From assembly GCA_965285935.1 (NCBI GenBank), contig OZ260664.1, positions 41,850,001-41,914,000 on the forward strand: a stretch of 64,000 nt of DNA, in the 5' to 3' direction. The DNA is from Ophelia neglecta (lineage: Eukaryota). Shown one piece after another: positions 13,801 to 28,800 of the stretch. A program made the translations under genes and the position numbers. The notes beneath the pieces were generated by a model. The model was not told the DNA's origin. It saw nothing but the letters and a program-made list of their open reading frames with translations, and made no database searches. Position 1 is the first letter of the stretch. The number at the start of each line of letters is the position of its first letter.

Positions 13801-16800
13801 CTTGTAAACCTTTAAAAACGCATTATATATAAGGCGCAAAATGTACGAATTTTTCATTGTGTATATTTTACAAAATAACCGTTAACCACATATCTGTTAA
13901 TCAGATGGCTGCCAGGGCAATCATTTCCCAAAGTTGAACAAATGTCACATTCTGAAGGTTTTATGCCAAACCTATAGACCACTAATAGGAAAACATATAC
14001 AGGGAATGTATTTATGGCTATAAACTTGATTTTAACCACTTCTTGAAGGTCAAATCAGGACAAATCAGGTCAAATCAGGTCAAATCCGAATTTTCATGGC
14101 CTCTGTAATGGTCCAAGATATACTTATCATTCAATGTGTTATACATCAGAAAGTCATATAGAGTAAAATATTTTGTTGGCTATAAACTTGACCTTGACCT
14201 CTTTATTGGTGCTTATATCTAATTCCTTGCCGTGGTGACATACGGTTTTATTTTCGCATTGGGCGCTGTCTGACCTGCCCAGTCACTTTTATAGGACAGT
14301 GGTTTTGATATTTTCCACTATTAATCCCTTTAGATGCCAGGTTTCACCACTTATCAAACGTCTAGTTCCATAATGACATGTTTATTATAACACACGTATA
14401 TTATAACCCTTTAAGAAAGGAAAATACATAAATTGAGATGTTATGCAAACAAGCAAGGGGTTGTTTAACAGGGTGTAAAACAATGTGCCAAATACAATTT
14501 CCTTTTATCCGTTATATCATTATAGTAACTTTTTAGTAATACACACTATCATATACAAATACTGTGTTTTCAATTACAGCCGAATGCCCAGATGAATGAG
14601 CCTTTTCGTGAGTGATGTACTTGCTTATATCCATATTACACCATCTAATAAAAAACAAATGCTTCGGTTATTAGTGCACATGGTACGTTTAACGTCATTG
14701 CCAGGATTACTAGCCACGGATATTTGCCGAAGTTACCGCCAAGAGCTAACTAAATTTATTTGTCATGCACTAATCAGGTTAACGATCTTGGTGCTGCTAG
14801 GCTGAATTAACTTTGTCACTCTTACTATATAGTGGCTTGCTTTCTGTTTATCTTAAATTTACAAACTGCTCTTTAAAGTATTTACCTGATATTATTGATT
14901 TCGTTCCACAGACCTCTCAATCAGTAAATGTTGGCTGATCTCGATTTACTTTTGAAAACTACGGCAATTAAGGGAATGTTTCCTCTCAACTTTCATTGTG
15001 TGAAATGATTACGTGCCAAATGTGGTAGGTGGTAGTCCTGCAAGGGTTGTGGGTTCGAAAATCCACCGTAACAAACGCTTTTAAACATTAGCTTACGATA
15101 TAATTTGATATAATATGTATGATTCGACCAATTTAGTCTATGACTGGTTTCGTTGGATATAATACCTTGGAATGGATTCGCCTTGTCACCATGTTGCATA
15201 TAGAAAGCTCTTCAAATAATACTTTTTATCATATTATAAACATTAAAGAGATAATATACCTTTTTCTTCATTTGATAATAGTAAAATTGGTTCTTAACCC
15301 AGCCTTTTACAATCGATCAGGTCATGGTAGGCCTACGTTGATTGGGCTACATCGATTTTTCGAGCTTTAAATATTTATAAAATTATATAGGTTTGCATAA
15401 AAGTTTTTCTTTTCAAAAATCTATTTTCTAAATTGAATTTGTGTACGTTTAATTTTCGATTTAGATCGATTTTAATATTCTTATGGTAGCAATAGCTCAG
15501 CAGTATATCAATGTATCAGTTGGATTTAAGCTACATGTGCTCCCATATAAGTAACTTCAAATCTGATTGGCTGGACTAAAACTTGACGTCAGACTGCAAT
15601 TCTGAACAAGTGCACTTCATGTAAATCATGTTGACACTGCTGTCAAACATAATGCTATTCCCTATACGCTTGGAAAAAAAAGGATGAACATTAATAAATC
15701 GTTCCTTGTTTAATTCAATATCAGTTATAGTTTCGTAGTATCAAAAATAAGTAGCTATTGGGCGGACTTAGTTTTACCCTTGATGCTTAATAAACTAACC
15801 CGCATCGGTACAGGGCAGCTCAGGTTTCAGTTGTTTTGTCTGGCATTGAGTGGTTTTGCAAGTCTCAATCAATTATTCATGCTGTATGTTTGATTATTTC
15901 TGTAGAAACATGTCCTATCGGAAGCCTTGAGGGAGGAAAGTATAGTACCTTTATGCCATGGACGGCGCCAATAACAGGTAAGGTATAATAGACATTTTTC
16001 ATTCACAAAATGGTGCTTTCTCATGCATAAATGTTTCTGATATACCGGTACTCAATTGTATTTGAAATGTTGTCCTACAACTTGGCTTAATTTTTTCAGG
16101 GCCAAACACATCCACGGTATGGCCTATTGGGCTTCACACGGGTTATGACCTTTATGAAGTTACTACTGTTACAACAAAGACAGAAAAACTGCCAAAATAT
16201 AGCAGAGGGTATGGCTTAAAAACTTACACTTTATCATCGGCTGATATCACAAAGCCACAGCCTGAGTCCGGCAAAGCCAACTTCCTCACTTGTATGACAG
16301 TAGAAGAAGAGATAATACCTACAGGTAAGCCTATTGTTTAAACCTTAATACCTTTTGATAAAAGAGAACATTAACTTACAAGACCGCTTGTGGAATATGT
16401 GCCCTATTAAAATTCGACTTTTGCAGAAGAACATGATTATGCATCAGTGACCATGCAAGGTGACCTCAAATTGATTTGTAATTAACCAATGTTATTAGTA
16501 TTGATTCTCAAACATCTAGCGCATGACTTAGTGTGAAACCTGTGTTTTTTTGGTTATGAAGCTACAACATACCTTATGTAAATACTTATTGTCTCTTCTG
16601 TTCATATAACGTGAAACGTTCTGATCCTGATTCTGATTACTTGTTTACCCTATATATATGCCTGAGCACTTTGTTTGACCAGCTGGGAAATAATGGCCGC
16701 CTAAGCACTAATGGGTAATTAAGGTTTTCCATTTAAAACCGAAAAAAAATATTGAAGAAAACCACTGTAATTATGCCTTCTCTTTGTTTGCTTCCGACAC

Positions 16801-19800
16801 ACGGACAACAGTTACTACTATTATTGCATTCGAACCTTCTTGCTCGGGGAGCAAACATGGCCAGCGTAGTTTCCGGAAATGATGTCCTGATAATAACTAA
16901 ATACATAATGGAAATATCATTATAAACGAAAAGTCATGTCCGGTACTACTATAGGTCACTAGGTTAAATAGTGTTCGTTTTGTTGGCAAATGGACACTGC
17001 CGCCCTAAATCCAGACCTAACCCACCACCTTGAATGGAATCATTGCTATCTACTACAGCTTGGTCCCAGATAGTCACCTCAAGTCGTGAATATTCATGCC
17101 ATTTATCATTTTTCTCAAAATGCAGAGGCCGTGTTTTCTTATACACCAAGTACTTCCGGGCCATCCGTTAAATCGCCTTCACCCTATTGTGACTTCCCCG
17201 TACCAGTACCGTATGTATAGTCCTACATTATATTTGTGTTTTAAGTTTTAATGAAAGTCCTTATATTTTGTATGATCGTTTCAGGCACTTTAAAGGTTCC
17301 TGTCCAGTGTCCACGGATGCAGTTTTACTTACGCACTGGCCTGTCCGCACTCAACGCACCCGCCCCAAATAATTACAAATGTGGTATGATCCGTGCTCTA
17401 CCAGACACGGCCCTTGGTTACGATTATTATATCATGTCTGCCAGTGGAAACACGGCCACAGCTGGCTCCAACGGCATCATAGGCATCATGTCCCTGGTCG
17501 CCGGGGCTCGAGTTACAGTCTCTCTGCCGTCGGCCGCTTCGGGAAGATGCAGCCGCCTTTCAGGGGGGTCCGGCACGGGCGTGCTGACCGCTACCCCTGG
17601 CGTCCCACTCACAATTACTTTTACGAACAAGGGCGATACAGTTACTTTACAGTGCACGAAGCCGGACGAGGATATCTCTGGAATACATATCAGGGGAGAG
17701 TATAATAAACCTCTAGTGGTTTATTCCGGGGCAAGAGACACAAATCTTGGTGCTGGAGCGGGGAACGGCGACGCGATATGGGGACAAATGATTCCAACGT
17801 CTTACTACGCCAAAACCTTCAGTGTCGTCGCCGTCCAGTATACCGCAGCCTTGAGGAGAGCAGCATACAAGGTGTTAGCTCGAGATGACAGCACTAGAGT
17901 GACCATCACAGGGGTAACGGCACCCATTATTCTAAACGCAGGACAAGTGTACCCTAGCCATGGGCTGCCTGCTCAGCACTCCGATCACGTGTTTATCTCA
18001 GCCGACAAGCCTATCACGGTCGGTACATTTCTCCTCTCTCTACCAACCGTCGGCGAGGGTCAGTCTGGTTATACCTTTTTACCGTCTGTCACCCAGTGGC
18101 AAAGCGCCAATACATTTTTCCTGCCTGCCCTCACCACTCCACTGGGATCCAAAGCACTGTTGACATTGTCAATCGAGAAGGGCTATGAGTCGAACTTAAG
18201 GCTATGGACATCCACATGGGACCTGACTCCAGTTGGACCCAACGATTTTCTCCCCGTCCCAGCCTCGGCCGTTTTTACGCCAGTGCCCGGCTCTAACCCA
18301 GCGCTTGTTTCCACCACGGTCCAGATCACGGCAGCCAACTTTCCTGGGTACAGAAATACCGCAGATGGCCAGCTGGTGGTCAAGCATCTGAAGGGAATTA
18401 AGTTTGGTGCCGTCATGCATGTCATCTCAACCCAGCCATCAACTTGTACCATGAGTTTCGTTGGCGGAGCCTGCCTCAAAGTACGCATTCAGAGTTTTAA
18501 AATAATTAAACTTTATAATGTCCCTTTCGTTGGGAATAATTCCATCTTATAGTGTATTGCAGTGGGTTATATTAAGTGTCATCAATCTTTTCAATCGAGC
18601 GATTAACCTGTGCCGGTATTTTAGTAGTCATTCATCAATGATAACCAATCGGCCTTTTCTTCACTATTCATACATTAATAATCTGTTGTATATTATTTTC
18701 AGCCCAAGACTGATCCTGAAGGTTAGTTTATATTTATATAATATGGTAAAGCCTTTTAACTGAGTCACTTACACTGACCACAGTTTCGACACGTCTTCCT
18801 TAGGCCCGGCAACTACTCCCCGTTCAAATTGGTAACAGCGATCAAATGTTTTCTGATTGGCAAAGCCTCGATTATGTATACGTCTTGTCATCTTTATGGT
18901 AAGGACGAGAGGAAAGTTCCAATGTCATCTTCGTGGACTTTGACTAGGCTTAAGTGACTTGTGGGTTCATTTGTCTAGGAAATAGGAAGACATGTCAGCT
19001 ATCATCAACAGTTTAGTTATCGATGAGCAACAAGAAACATAATTTAAAGAAATAATTATGTATTTTAATAATTGTATGCCCAACTTGACTCATGTTGTAG
19101 ACGTGTGTGTGAGTGGCTCTCACACGGGAACCAAGTTCTATCTCATGGCGATGCCCGGAGCGGAAAACGTCGAAAACCTGGAATTGTATGTGAACAACCC
19201 TTCAGACACCGCGGACGTCACCTACTCTCTCCAGGTCAGTATACTGGCTTATTGAATTGAACGGCAGGCAGTATGGAGGATGAGTTACGTCATGTCAAAC
19301 ACGGTTAGGGCTCTTTATCATGATCAAGTCAATGCATTCTCTCTCTACACAGAGTCTAACTGGCAATGTCTACCTGACGAACCAGGTGGTCCCTAAAGGC
19401 GGATCAGTAAAACAGGCTGCTCTGCAATTGAACACTTTTGAACCCAATCCTTTTCAAATTGAAAATAAAGGTAAGATGGTGTGTGTTGGCACTCAATACC
19501 TAATATCACTACATCATGCAGTTCATACATTTAATATTTGGAGACAGTATGAGATAAGCTTTTTTGTGAATTAAACTACCATATCCAACCTAGGTAAGGG
19601 ACAGTAATTCAACTGGAGTTACCACGTTTCCAGTTATCATGAAGGATATTATTAAATTGTGCCTTACGAATGATAATTCATACACTTCTGTCATACAGTC
19701 ACCAGTTCTAAACCTGTCCACTTTGACAGGAATCTTCATCGTGTCGTCTGGTCCTATCAACGTGCAAGTTGTCAACCGGCAGCTAGGCGGGTGTGGCGGG

Positions 19801-22800
19801 TTCCATCTTTTGCCTGAGCGCAGTCTCGGTCAGTTTTACCGAGTAGCCAACACGCCCTCGGCAGCGGGCACTGGGCCTCAGCTGGGAATTGTAGCGACAA
19901 AGGATTTAACGGAACTTCTTATCCAAATACCACCCGGGCAGAAAGTCAGCTTTGTTTACGATGGAAAAACCTACTCGAGTGCTGGCACCAACCAATTTAG
20001 TATTACTCTCAATCAGTTTCAGACCTTTGTCATCAGTTCTGAGGTATGATCTTCATGTCGATTACCATAAGTTATCTCATTGCAGCAATAAATTCTTAAC
20101 AATTTTAACATTATATTTTGCATCTGATTTTGGGGACTTTGACAACGATAGAGTTTACTAGAGTTTACATGTTTCGTGTTATGATTTCAAGGTAAGCGGC
20201 TCCACTTTAACTGGAACTTACATTCAAGCAAGCGAGCGGGTGGCAGTTTTTACAGGTGGTAAAAAAATGAGCATTGTCGCCGGAGGACCAACTGGGCACA
20301 TGGTCGAGCAGGCTATTCCTATCAGCCGCCAGGGCATGCACTATGTGGTGCCGGCTGTTCCTGGTCAGTCAGACGTCATGTGGCGAGCGGTGATCACCCG
20401 CGTTTCCACTCTTCTCAGTGCCAGTGAAGCCACCGTACTGGATAATCTCTACCATAATGCGGGCGACGTCATCAGCTCTAAGACTGGTGCCAAGCCGGCT
20501 TACATCTTCGGCGACCGACCCTTCGGCATGGTCCAGTTCGGCTCCGGTGCCACCACTGCTGGTAGGTTAATCATCAACTGGCCGTCATCAACCCGGAATC
20601 ATCACTTCTGCATATTTATATTAACCAATGAATATGCCAGCAATATTTTATTCGGCTGGCTATGATCTGATTTGTTTGTTGAATAGAATTGATGCCGACG
20701 TTAGGCAGTTTACATACTGAGAAGCAAACTTCGACATTCGGTATCATTTTCTTTTTGATAAGGCTCTATAGACCCCATGGTGTGGAACCTCATACCAGTA
20801 GAGCACTGGAACACCCGCTACGTGTTTACGGCCCCCGACATCGCATTCGGCACCGACCCGGTGAAATACTACGTGGTTGTGACTGTGAGTGTGTACGGCG
20901 AGGGCAGTATGATGATTGACAACATTCCTGTTACTCTCCAAGGCAGGACAGAAATCCCAAACTCCGCCTATGTAACAGGGTATGTTCATCTCCTAAACTG
21001 ACCCATTCTTTAATTATTCTTAATACGGGGCCACGTCTAGAATGTCAAGTTTTACCTTAAGTGGGATTTCCGGAGGAGATTCAGTCACAGACAAATTGGG
21101 CCGGGAGGGGGGGGGGGGTGTAGGAGGAAAGAGGCAGTGATGAGGCATTGAGAGGGACAGGGGTGTACGAATCGAGGAAAATGGACTGACGCTAACGTGT
21201 TCGTGCGAGACTGGCAAATACAGGCAGGCAGTCAGGGTAAATAGTCATAATAGGTGGATGCAATATACGATGGGGAAGGACACAGATAGACAAAGAAGGG
21301 GAGACAGGTGACATGGGCAGACATTAAGGGAGAGACAGAAGTAACCATTTGAAGAAAGGCAGCTAAGTTGCGAAGAACACAGTCGGCTTTACTAAACTAG
21401 AAAAAAAGCGAGGTTGCAAACTAAGACAAAAAAGGAAAATGTCAGGGCAGTGCCAGGTAAAACGCAGAACGGAAATGGCATATTCTGAGGCACAGAGATT
21501 TGGGAGAGAGATAGCGACTGCAGTTGATTGACTGAGACTCGCATGACTTCAACTGTCGCCCTGTTTCTTGAGCTACTTCTGTCTCTGCCTTATTTCTGTT
21601 TCTGATCAATTATATTGCCCCTTTCTGTGACAAATGTATCTACCCTCTCCCAGTCCCACTCTTCGAGATTTCGCCCAACCACCCACCACAATCCCCCCCC
21701 CCCCCCCCACGCTACCGCCACTCCCATATCCGCATATGTAGCATCGACATTAACTCATAATTAGGCAAATTTAAATTCGTATTTTGACCGGTGCATGGTT
21801 TCATAAAAGGGACGCACTTAAAACGTTCCTGGCCCTGAATTGAGCCTGTCTTGCACTATGAGTGACATGTATACGAAGTGTTAGCACTAATTCATATTTA
21901 TGTGGTATGCTTTACAGATATTATGAAATTACGCCTGGTAAACACCAAATACAAAATATGGACGGCAGTGTAAGATTTGGAGCCTACCTCTACGAAATCA
22001 ACACCATGAAGTCTTGTTCCGTCGGCCATGCACTAGATTTCTGTATCCCTGCTCCGTCAAATGTCAGTGAAGTCATACTTTACTTTACACTACACAAAGT
22101 CAATGAGAAATAAGAAAAGTATCCGCTAAGGTCTTTATATTATTGAACACATCTAATGAGTTCTGTCTATTTCAGATTCCAGCCACTGGAGTCATTCCGG
22201 CAAATGGTAAGTGTATTAATGGAAATAGTGCCATAGACCTGAAGCATTGATACAAATAAGAACTCAATGCATGGATAAATCAGTTAGTGGTAAACACTGT
22301 TGTATATCTCTCCTAGTGACGGATGGGGTGGACTACTTGGGAAAACAATTTTATTTCACGTTTCTGGAGAGCACAGGGACAGACAACCTACGAGTGCTGG
22401 TCACAAAACCTGGCCCAGATGGGGAAACAACGTGAGAATCGTACATTATAAACCTCCCACTTATCATCTTAGGGCTTGCTTCGAGTGCTTCTATTTTTTC
22501 TCATATTGATAACCGCTATAACGACTTTTACTTTCAGTGCCACCTTGGAGGGGCAAGGCATCGTTGGGCCTTCTACAGGGACTCCGGTAACCACGACTGT
22601 GGGCAGTGGTAGCACGGTCGAGTACGTCATAAATGGAGACAGACAACTGACGGGAACTCAAAAGGTGATTATGACACCAATGTAAATGGAAAATAATGAC
22701 GGTTTAACTTTATTGCGACATATATGAAAGGGCGAAGAAAATGCTTCACGGCAGTTTTGACTGACAATGCCACGTTTATTTGGCGTTTTAACAACTACTT

Positions 22801-25800
22801 TAACAATCATAAGTTACAATTGTGTAGGTCATAGTACTCTGCATGGACGAAAACAAGCTAAAACATTTATTTGCAGGATTACGACAAGGGATTTACCTTG
22901 TCATCCGAGAAGAGCACGTTTGTTATGATATTTGACCCCCAGGGTGGTGGCTGTGGTGCCACTATGGTTATCCCGAGGGACGCGCTTGGCTCGGATTACT
23001 ACGTCCTAACCCCTAAATCAACTTCCACCACAGCAGACAGGTTAGTTTATTTAATCTTTGGGAGCTGGGGAGTGATTTATCAATGTTCTTGGGCCGATTC
23101 CTGATAAGCTTATATTCTTGAATAATGATTTGCCTTTGTCTGCCGGGTATCCATCCCCGTTTGTAAAAGGGCAATGGGCATCAATGGGAAGGGTTTTACT
23201 CTGGATCGACATGTTTTATGTATACCATATGGATCTTGTTAAGTTAAAACAACTTCAATGCATTTGACGATTCAGACCTGGCGAGGTTTGTTGTATCAAG
23301 CACTGCTATACTGTCATGTAACACGGTATTTATTGCACTGTATTTAACTGAGGAACATTTAATTTTTAGTGATTAAAAGTAAAATCACTGAAATGTAAAT
23401 ATAAACAGCCTCTGATGTTTTTCAATACAAATTGGAACAAAAATACTTTAAATAAGGGCTATTTTTGTAATATCTTGTGAAATAGGAGGCACTTTTATTA
23501 GTGTCTTAACAGCAAGAAAATGACTATTAGTAGTCACTTATTTATTCTATGCCTTGGACGATTTATCACATATTTGCTCAGAATTATATGATGATCTTTA
23601 CTTTTTATTTTTTTCACTGTAAAATATGAATTCCTAGACTTTATTCCAAAAATTGTCTTACATCAAACTTGAAAAAGATTTGTTATAAATTTGATCTGAC
23701 ATAATAAAACATCGGAATAATTCATTTCCTTGTTTTTGGTATCCCTCAAAACACAAAGTGACAATATATGTGGTGTGCAAATAACAACAAAATGGCCGGC
23801 GACGGCTACAACATATTTATCAAAATCATTAAAAACAGAAGCTGATAAAATGGTTTCTAAAACCATACCTTATTAGAAACACAAATGGTTTCTGAACAGC
23901 AAGGTTGACATGTCATAATGGTTTTTGGACACTATAATCTGTTGTTAAGCCCATGCTCTTATAAATGGTAAATGGTCTGCAAACTAAAATTGCTAAACAT
24001 ATGTATAGATAGCTCCTGGAAGCTAAACTCTACCTTTACTTTTGCAAATTGTCACATGACTGCGCTCGGGCATGGATAATCAGACTTATATTACACGCTT
24101 GTCGCATAAGCAATGTTGGCAATCATATTTTGTTAAAATTGATTGAATTTTTTCCTGACGATCTATAGAGCGACTGAGTTTGCAGTTATGGCCACTGACA
24201 AGGATACGGTTGTGACCATAACCATCCCGACTGGTCAAAACGTCATGTTCAACTACAATAACGTGGATTACAGGTGAGAAGGACACATCTGTTACCTGCC
24301 TATCTTCTAAGGGTTTCGTCGGTTGATCCAATTATGCCGTCTTACTGTCCCGAAAATGTTTTATTTACTAATATTTATATTTAGATTGACCCTAAATAGC
24401 CGTTTTCTTATTAATAATTATATCTTGTCCTGCAATGGAGAAATGATTATTTTGTTGTCGTATGTTAGTGATGCCAACCGGGTGCTGATAGAGACGCTGA
24501 AGGCCAGAGAGCCGATGCAGGTGAAATCGGTAGACCCAAAGGGAGACTTCACTGGAACACGTGTCCAGTGCAGTAACCCTTGCGCAGTCTTTGGAGGGGC
24601 GCAAGTGATCGACATCAGATCGGGTACGGTAGCCGAAAAAATTACACTGTTTCGGTATTTAAACACCGTACTTAAGAAGGATTCAATTTTTAAATTCAAA
24701 AGAAACATACATCACTGAAACTGCGATTTTTTTCACAAAATCATTTCATAAACATTTTTATGGATTATAGGATCAACAGATCACATTGTTGAGCAAATGC
24801 CACCCATCAACACATATGGAAAGGAATATGTACTGACTCCCGTACCAATGGTATCCGCAGTATCCGACAAAGTGGTTTATATGATGTTAGCCGGAGAAGA
24901 CGGTCTCGTCGTCCCTAACTACTTAGCTACCTCTACACCTACTATAAACAAGGGACAAAGCTACCCAGCTTCAGGTAATATTAAGAGATAAGTAACTTGC
25001 AAATTCAGCAGTTGGAGTCTCCAGGGCGTCGAATATCCCTAGAGCATTCCTGCAAGTAAACATGATCCATGTATTTTGGTAATATGAGTACAGTCGTCAA
25101 CCAACGTCTATGATACGTCCGCTTATAGATTAAAATGTTATATTTATTGACTGCTGCTGGCGCTATGAACTACGAATATTGTCACTGCATATCATTTAAT
25201 TGAAAAAAAGTTTTGTACATGAATGGATATTAGTGATTTCTCATGAGTTTGAGTGTGTTCCTAACCTGTTTTGTCAACAGGCGCTCCGGCCTCTCTGAAC
25301 TCGGCAGCGGGTGTGCATATCACCCTAGATAAAACGGCGCTTGTTGCGCAGTTTTTAACCAGTCAGGCGGATCGTACAAAAGGTGCCCCCAGCTTTAACT
25401 TTCCGGCCTCGGTGGATCAATGGAAGAGTATCTACTACATCGCTGTGCCCTCGATGACAGAATTTGCCACCTCGCCAACCGACCCCTACCGCACAATGAC
25501 TATGTATCTCAGCATCGCAATCAAGACAGGCAAAGAAAACTCTCTAATCCTGGACGGGTACCAACAGAAGCTGCTGAGCCCTCGCTTAGTGCCACCTACC
25601 AATACGTACACCTCGGGCTACCTGAAGGTAGGGTATGGTACCCACGTCATCCAGCACTTGGACGGCGTTACCCCCTTTGGGTTGACTGTTTACGGCGTGG
25701 ACGAGAGTTCCAAAACCGACAAATTCTGCGCAATCTCAACTGTGCCCGACGCTTATCTGCAAGTCAAGGTAAACCTAACAAACGGCTTTCATATTTTCTT

Positions 25801-28800
25801 TACATGTAATGTAAGTAGGTTTCGTCCGATTGACTAAATGAAAAATACTAAGTCCGGCAATTTAAAAATCCATGAAATGAAATTCGCTTTATTAAAATGC
25901 CCTTAATTGGGGCTCCAGTACATTGGTCAAGATAAAGTGTAGTTTTAATTATCGCATAATATACATAACTCACAAGGATATTGACGTATGACAAGAGAAC
26001 CTTGATGTATTTCCTTGACAGAGTTATTTGTGTCGTCATTTATTCATAATATTTCTACGCTTTAACTCACACATATACTCCAATATAGGGCACTACGACG
26101 TGCAGACTCCAATAATTTATGACAGCACAAAGAACTCTGACAAGTTCCTCCGTCAGGGCCCTCTTTCCATTCCTTAATCCCCTTGAGCGATAATTTCTGA
26201 CAATCCATGAATAAAAACATTAAACTTTTTTTTTCCAGAAAGCAGATACAGCAGAAGGTAGGAAAGCATTCTCCACTTTTCCAATTTTTACTGGTTAACT
26301 CTAGATACATCAGATTGATGTTCATATAAGATGTTTCTAATGCACAATGTGAGTGAAACCTGTTCCGATAATGGTTGACTCACCCTGTCTCTTTCAGACG
26401 TCTGTCATTCAAGCTTCGCTGGAGTTGAGTTTTACGCTGCCATTACGCCAAGGAACGCTGCACTAGACCAGGACTTGTCAATGAGCGTTACGAATCCATG
26501 TAATATAAATACACTAAACACCTCATTGTTTTCATTTTATATGTAAATTTTTATATCGTCATATTTATTTAATGATTCTTTGATAAGTTTTACCTTTATT
26601 TTTCTTTATATTAGCCATCACCGCCTCCTACGTCAGGGTTAATGTTAAGGCACCTCTAACAGGATACAAAATCAACAACGACCAAAGCTTCTGGCTGAGG
26701 AGTGGAGAAACTAAATTCATTCTAGTAACCAAGGTATTAACTGGTTTCTTTTTATCGCCCCATTTTTATTAATTTGCGATACAGTTCACGGTTAGTCTAG
26801 AGATTAATATCATTGTCCGCTACTGGCAGTAATTTTTCCTAATTTTCTTAAGATGTTCCCGTTCTTAATGCAGTAACCATAGCGATGAACATCTTTCCGC
26901 CCAAATAACACCTGCGACTTTACCGGATTGAGATTATATCTCAATAAACGTTCATTGTGACTATTTTAAAGTCATAATGTATCTACATCTTTATTATATG
27001 GTATTGTTTAAAATATTACTTGAAGGATCTTGCTGTATCTGACAACCGAGTAGAGCCTCATGGGATTTGGGTCACTGCCACAGGTGATGTCCAGGTGTTC
27101 ATTAACAACCGCCAGACCTCGGGCTGCGGAGCCACTCAGCTGCTGCCGCTCAGCGCCATGGGTTGGAACTACCACGCCATGACAACGCTGCCACCTATTG
27201 ACTCGGCAAAGCGACCATTCATCATCATAGTTGGTATGTGACACTCTTTATTGGAATGTTGAATCCAAACTAAGGTTCATTATGGAATCTGATAATTATG
27301 ATTAATAAATTGGATTGTGAAGACACGTGTAGTCACGGTAAGACATATTGATGGTAGCCTTGTTTATAATATCCTGACCGACCAGACCGGATTTTCCTAC
27401 CATTAGCAACCCTCGCTTTCGGCGGTATGATAGTTTCCATGCAGAATGCGAATGGTTAGCTAGGCGGGTCATTATTTGTGTCGAGTCCTTTACCCAGTAT
27501 GTAAATGTGCAACATGCACTAATCATGTTATTGTTGATATCAAACCAACCATTCAGTGGTTCCCTGAATAATATAAGGTCTGATTTAATAGTAGACAGTA
27601 CATTAACATTTTCTTGATACAACCGTAACACAGCAATTTAAGACAAGGCCAGATAATCTTAACATTTAACTATGTCGACCGTCACGATTTGAAAATTCTA
27701 GATATGTATTATTGTACAGGGCCATGGCCCTCCTCTTCACGCAGGAGCCGAGTGATAAAGTTTGAGAGTATGTTTCAATTATGAAGTTACAAATACCATT
27801 TCCTTGTGTTTGTTTGTTTCTATGTTATGAACATTCTTTAACTACAGCTACAAATAGGGACACCCGTGTGAGAGTCACCCTACCCGGAGACCGTGATGTC
27901 AACATACAGTTTGATGGTGTGACGTATGGCCAGTCCACCAGTCGTACCATAGAACGTACCTTAGCCAGATTCGAAACAATGACTATCACCGCCAATGATG
28001 GTAAAAATAAACAAAAACATGCACATATTTTTTCTTATTTTAGTTCTAAGTAGATGTGCTGCCAAATGTATTTAAGTTGTCACTGTGTTTGGCCATCAAT
28101 TTCAACTCGGTTCTCCTTAGGATTTTCCCCAGCTGACCTGTCTGGAACATACATCCACTCGGACACGCGGATTGCGGTGTTCAGTGGCAACAAGAAGGTG
28201 GCCCTTCCTGGGACCTCAACCACGATAGGCGCCATTGAGGACACAATCATGGAGCAGCTGCCGCCGACACACACGTTCGGCAGGCAGTACGTGCTGCTTC
28301 CCATCCCAGAAGAGGTGCAATATCTTTCGGAACCTACTATTTATCTATCTTTAATCTTTGACGCGACTAAACTTAAGTGTACAGGAAGAAGCTACCTTCA
28401 GGAATGCTTATCAGACTTATTTCAATTTGAAACATTTCCTATCGCAATTCCTACACAGATAATGTCCTGCCAAAGTAGATTTAATTTTGTTTTATTTTTG
28501 GTGATTATAACAGAAACCTTTGGCCAGTTAGGCCGTCTATGTCCTTAGTGGTATTTTAGTAATTCGTATTCTACTATAGTGTGTTTGTGTTGTTACAGAG
28601 CTCTTATGGTTGGTCAGCTGTCAGTACAGCCGATTCGAACACAATGACGGTTGGTGCATCAAACGTACTTCTTACCAAAGGACAAGTGTATCCTGCTAAC
28701 TACAAACCACAAATTATCTCTTCATCAACGGGTCTCCACATTTCTTCGAGTAGCGGGTTACAGGTATACTATTTACCAATTCTGTCCTTTTAATGTCTTG

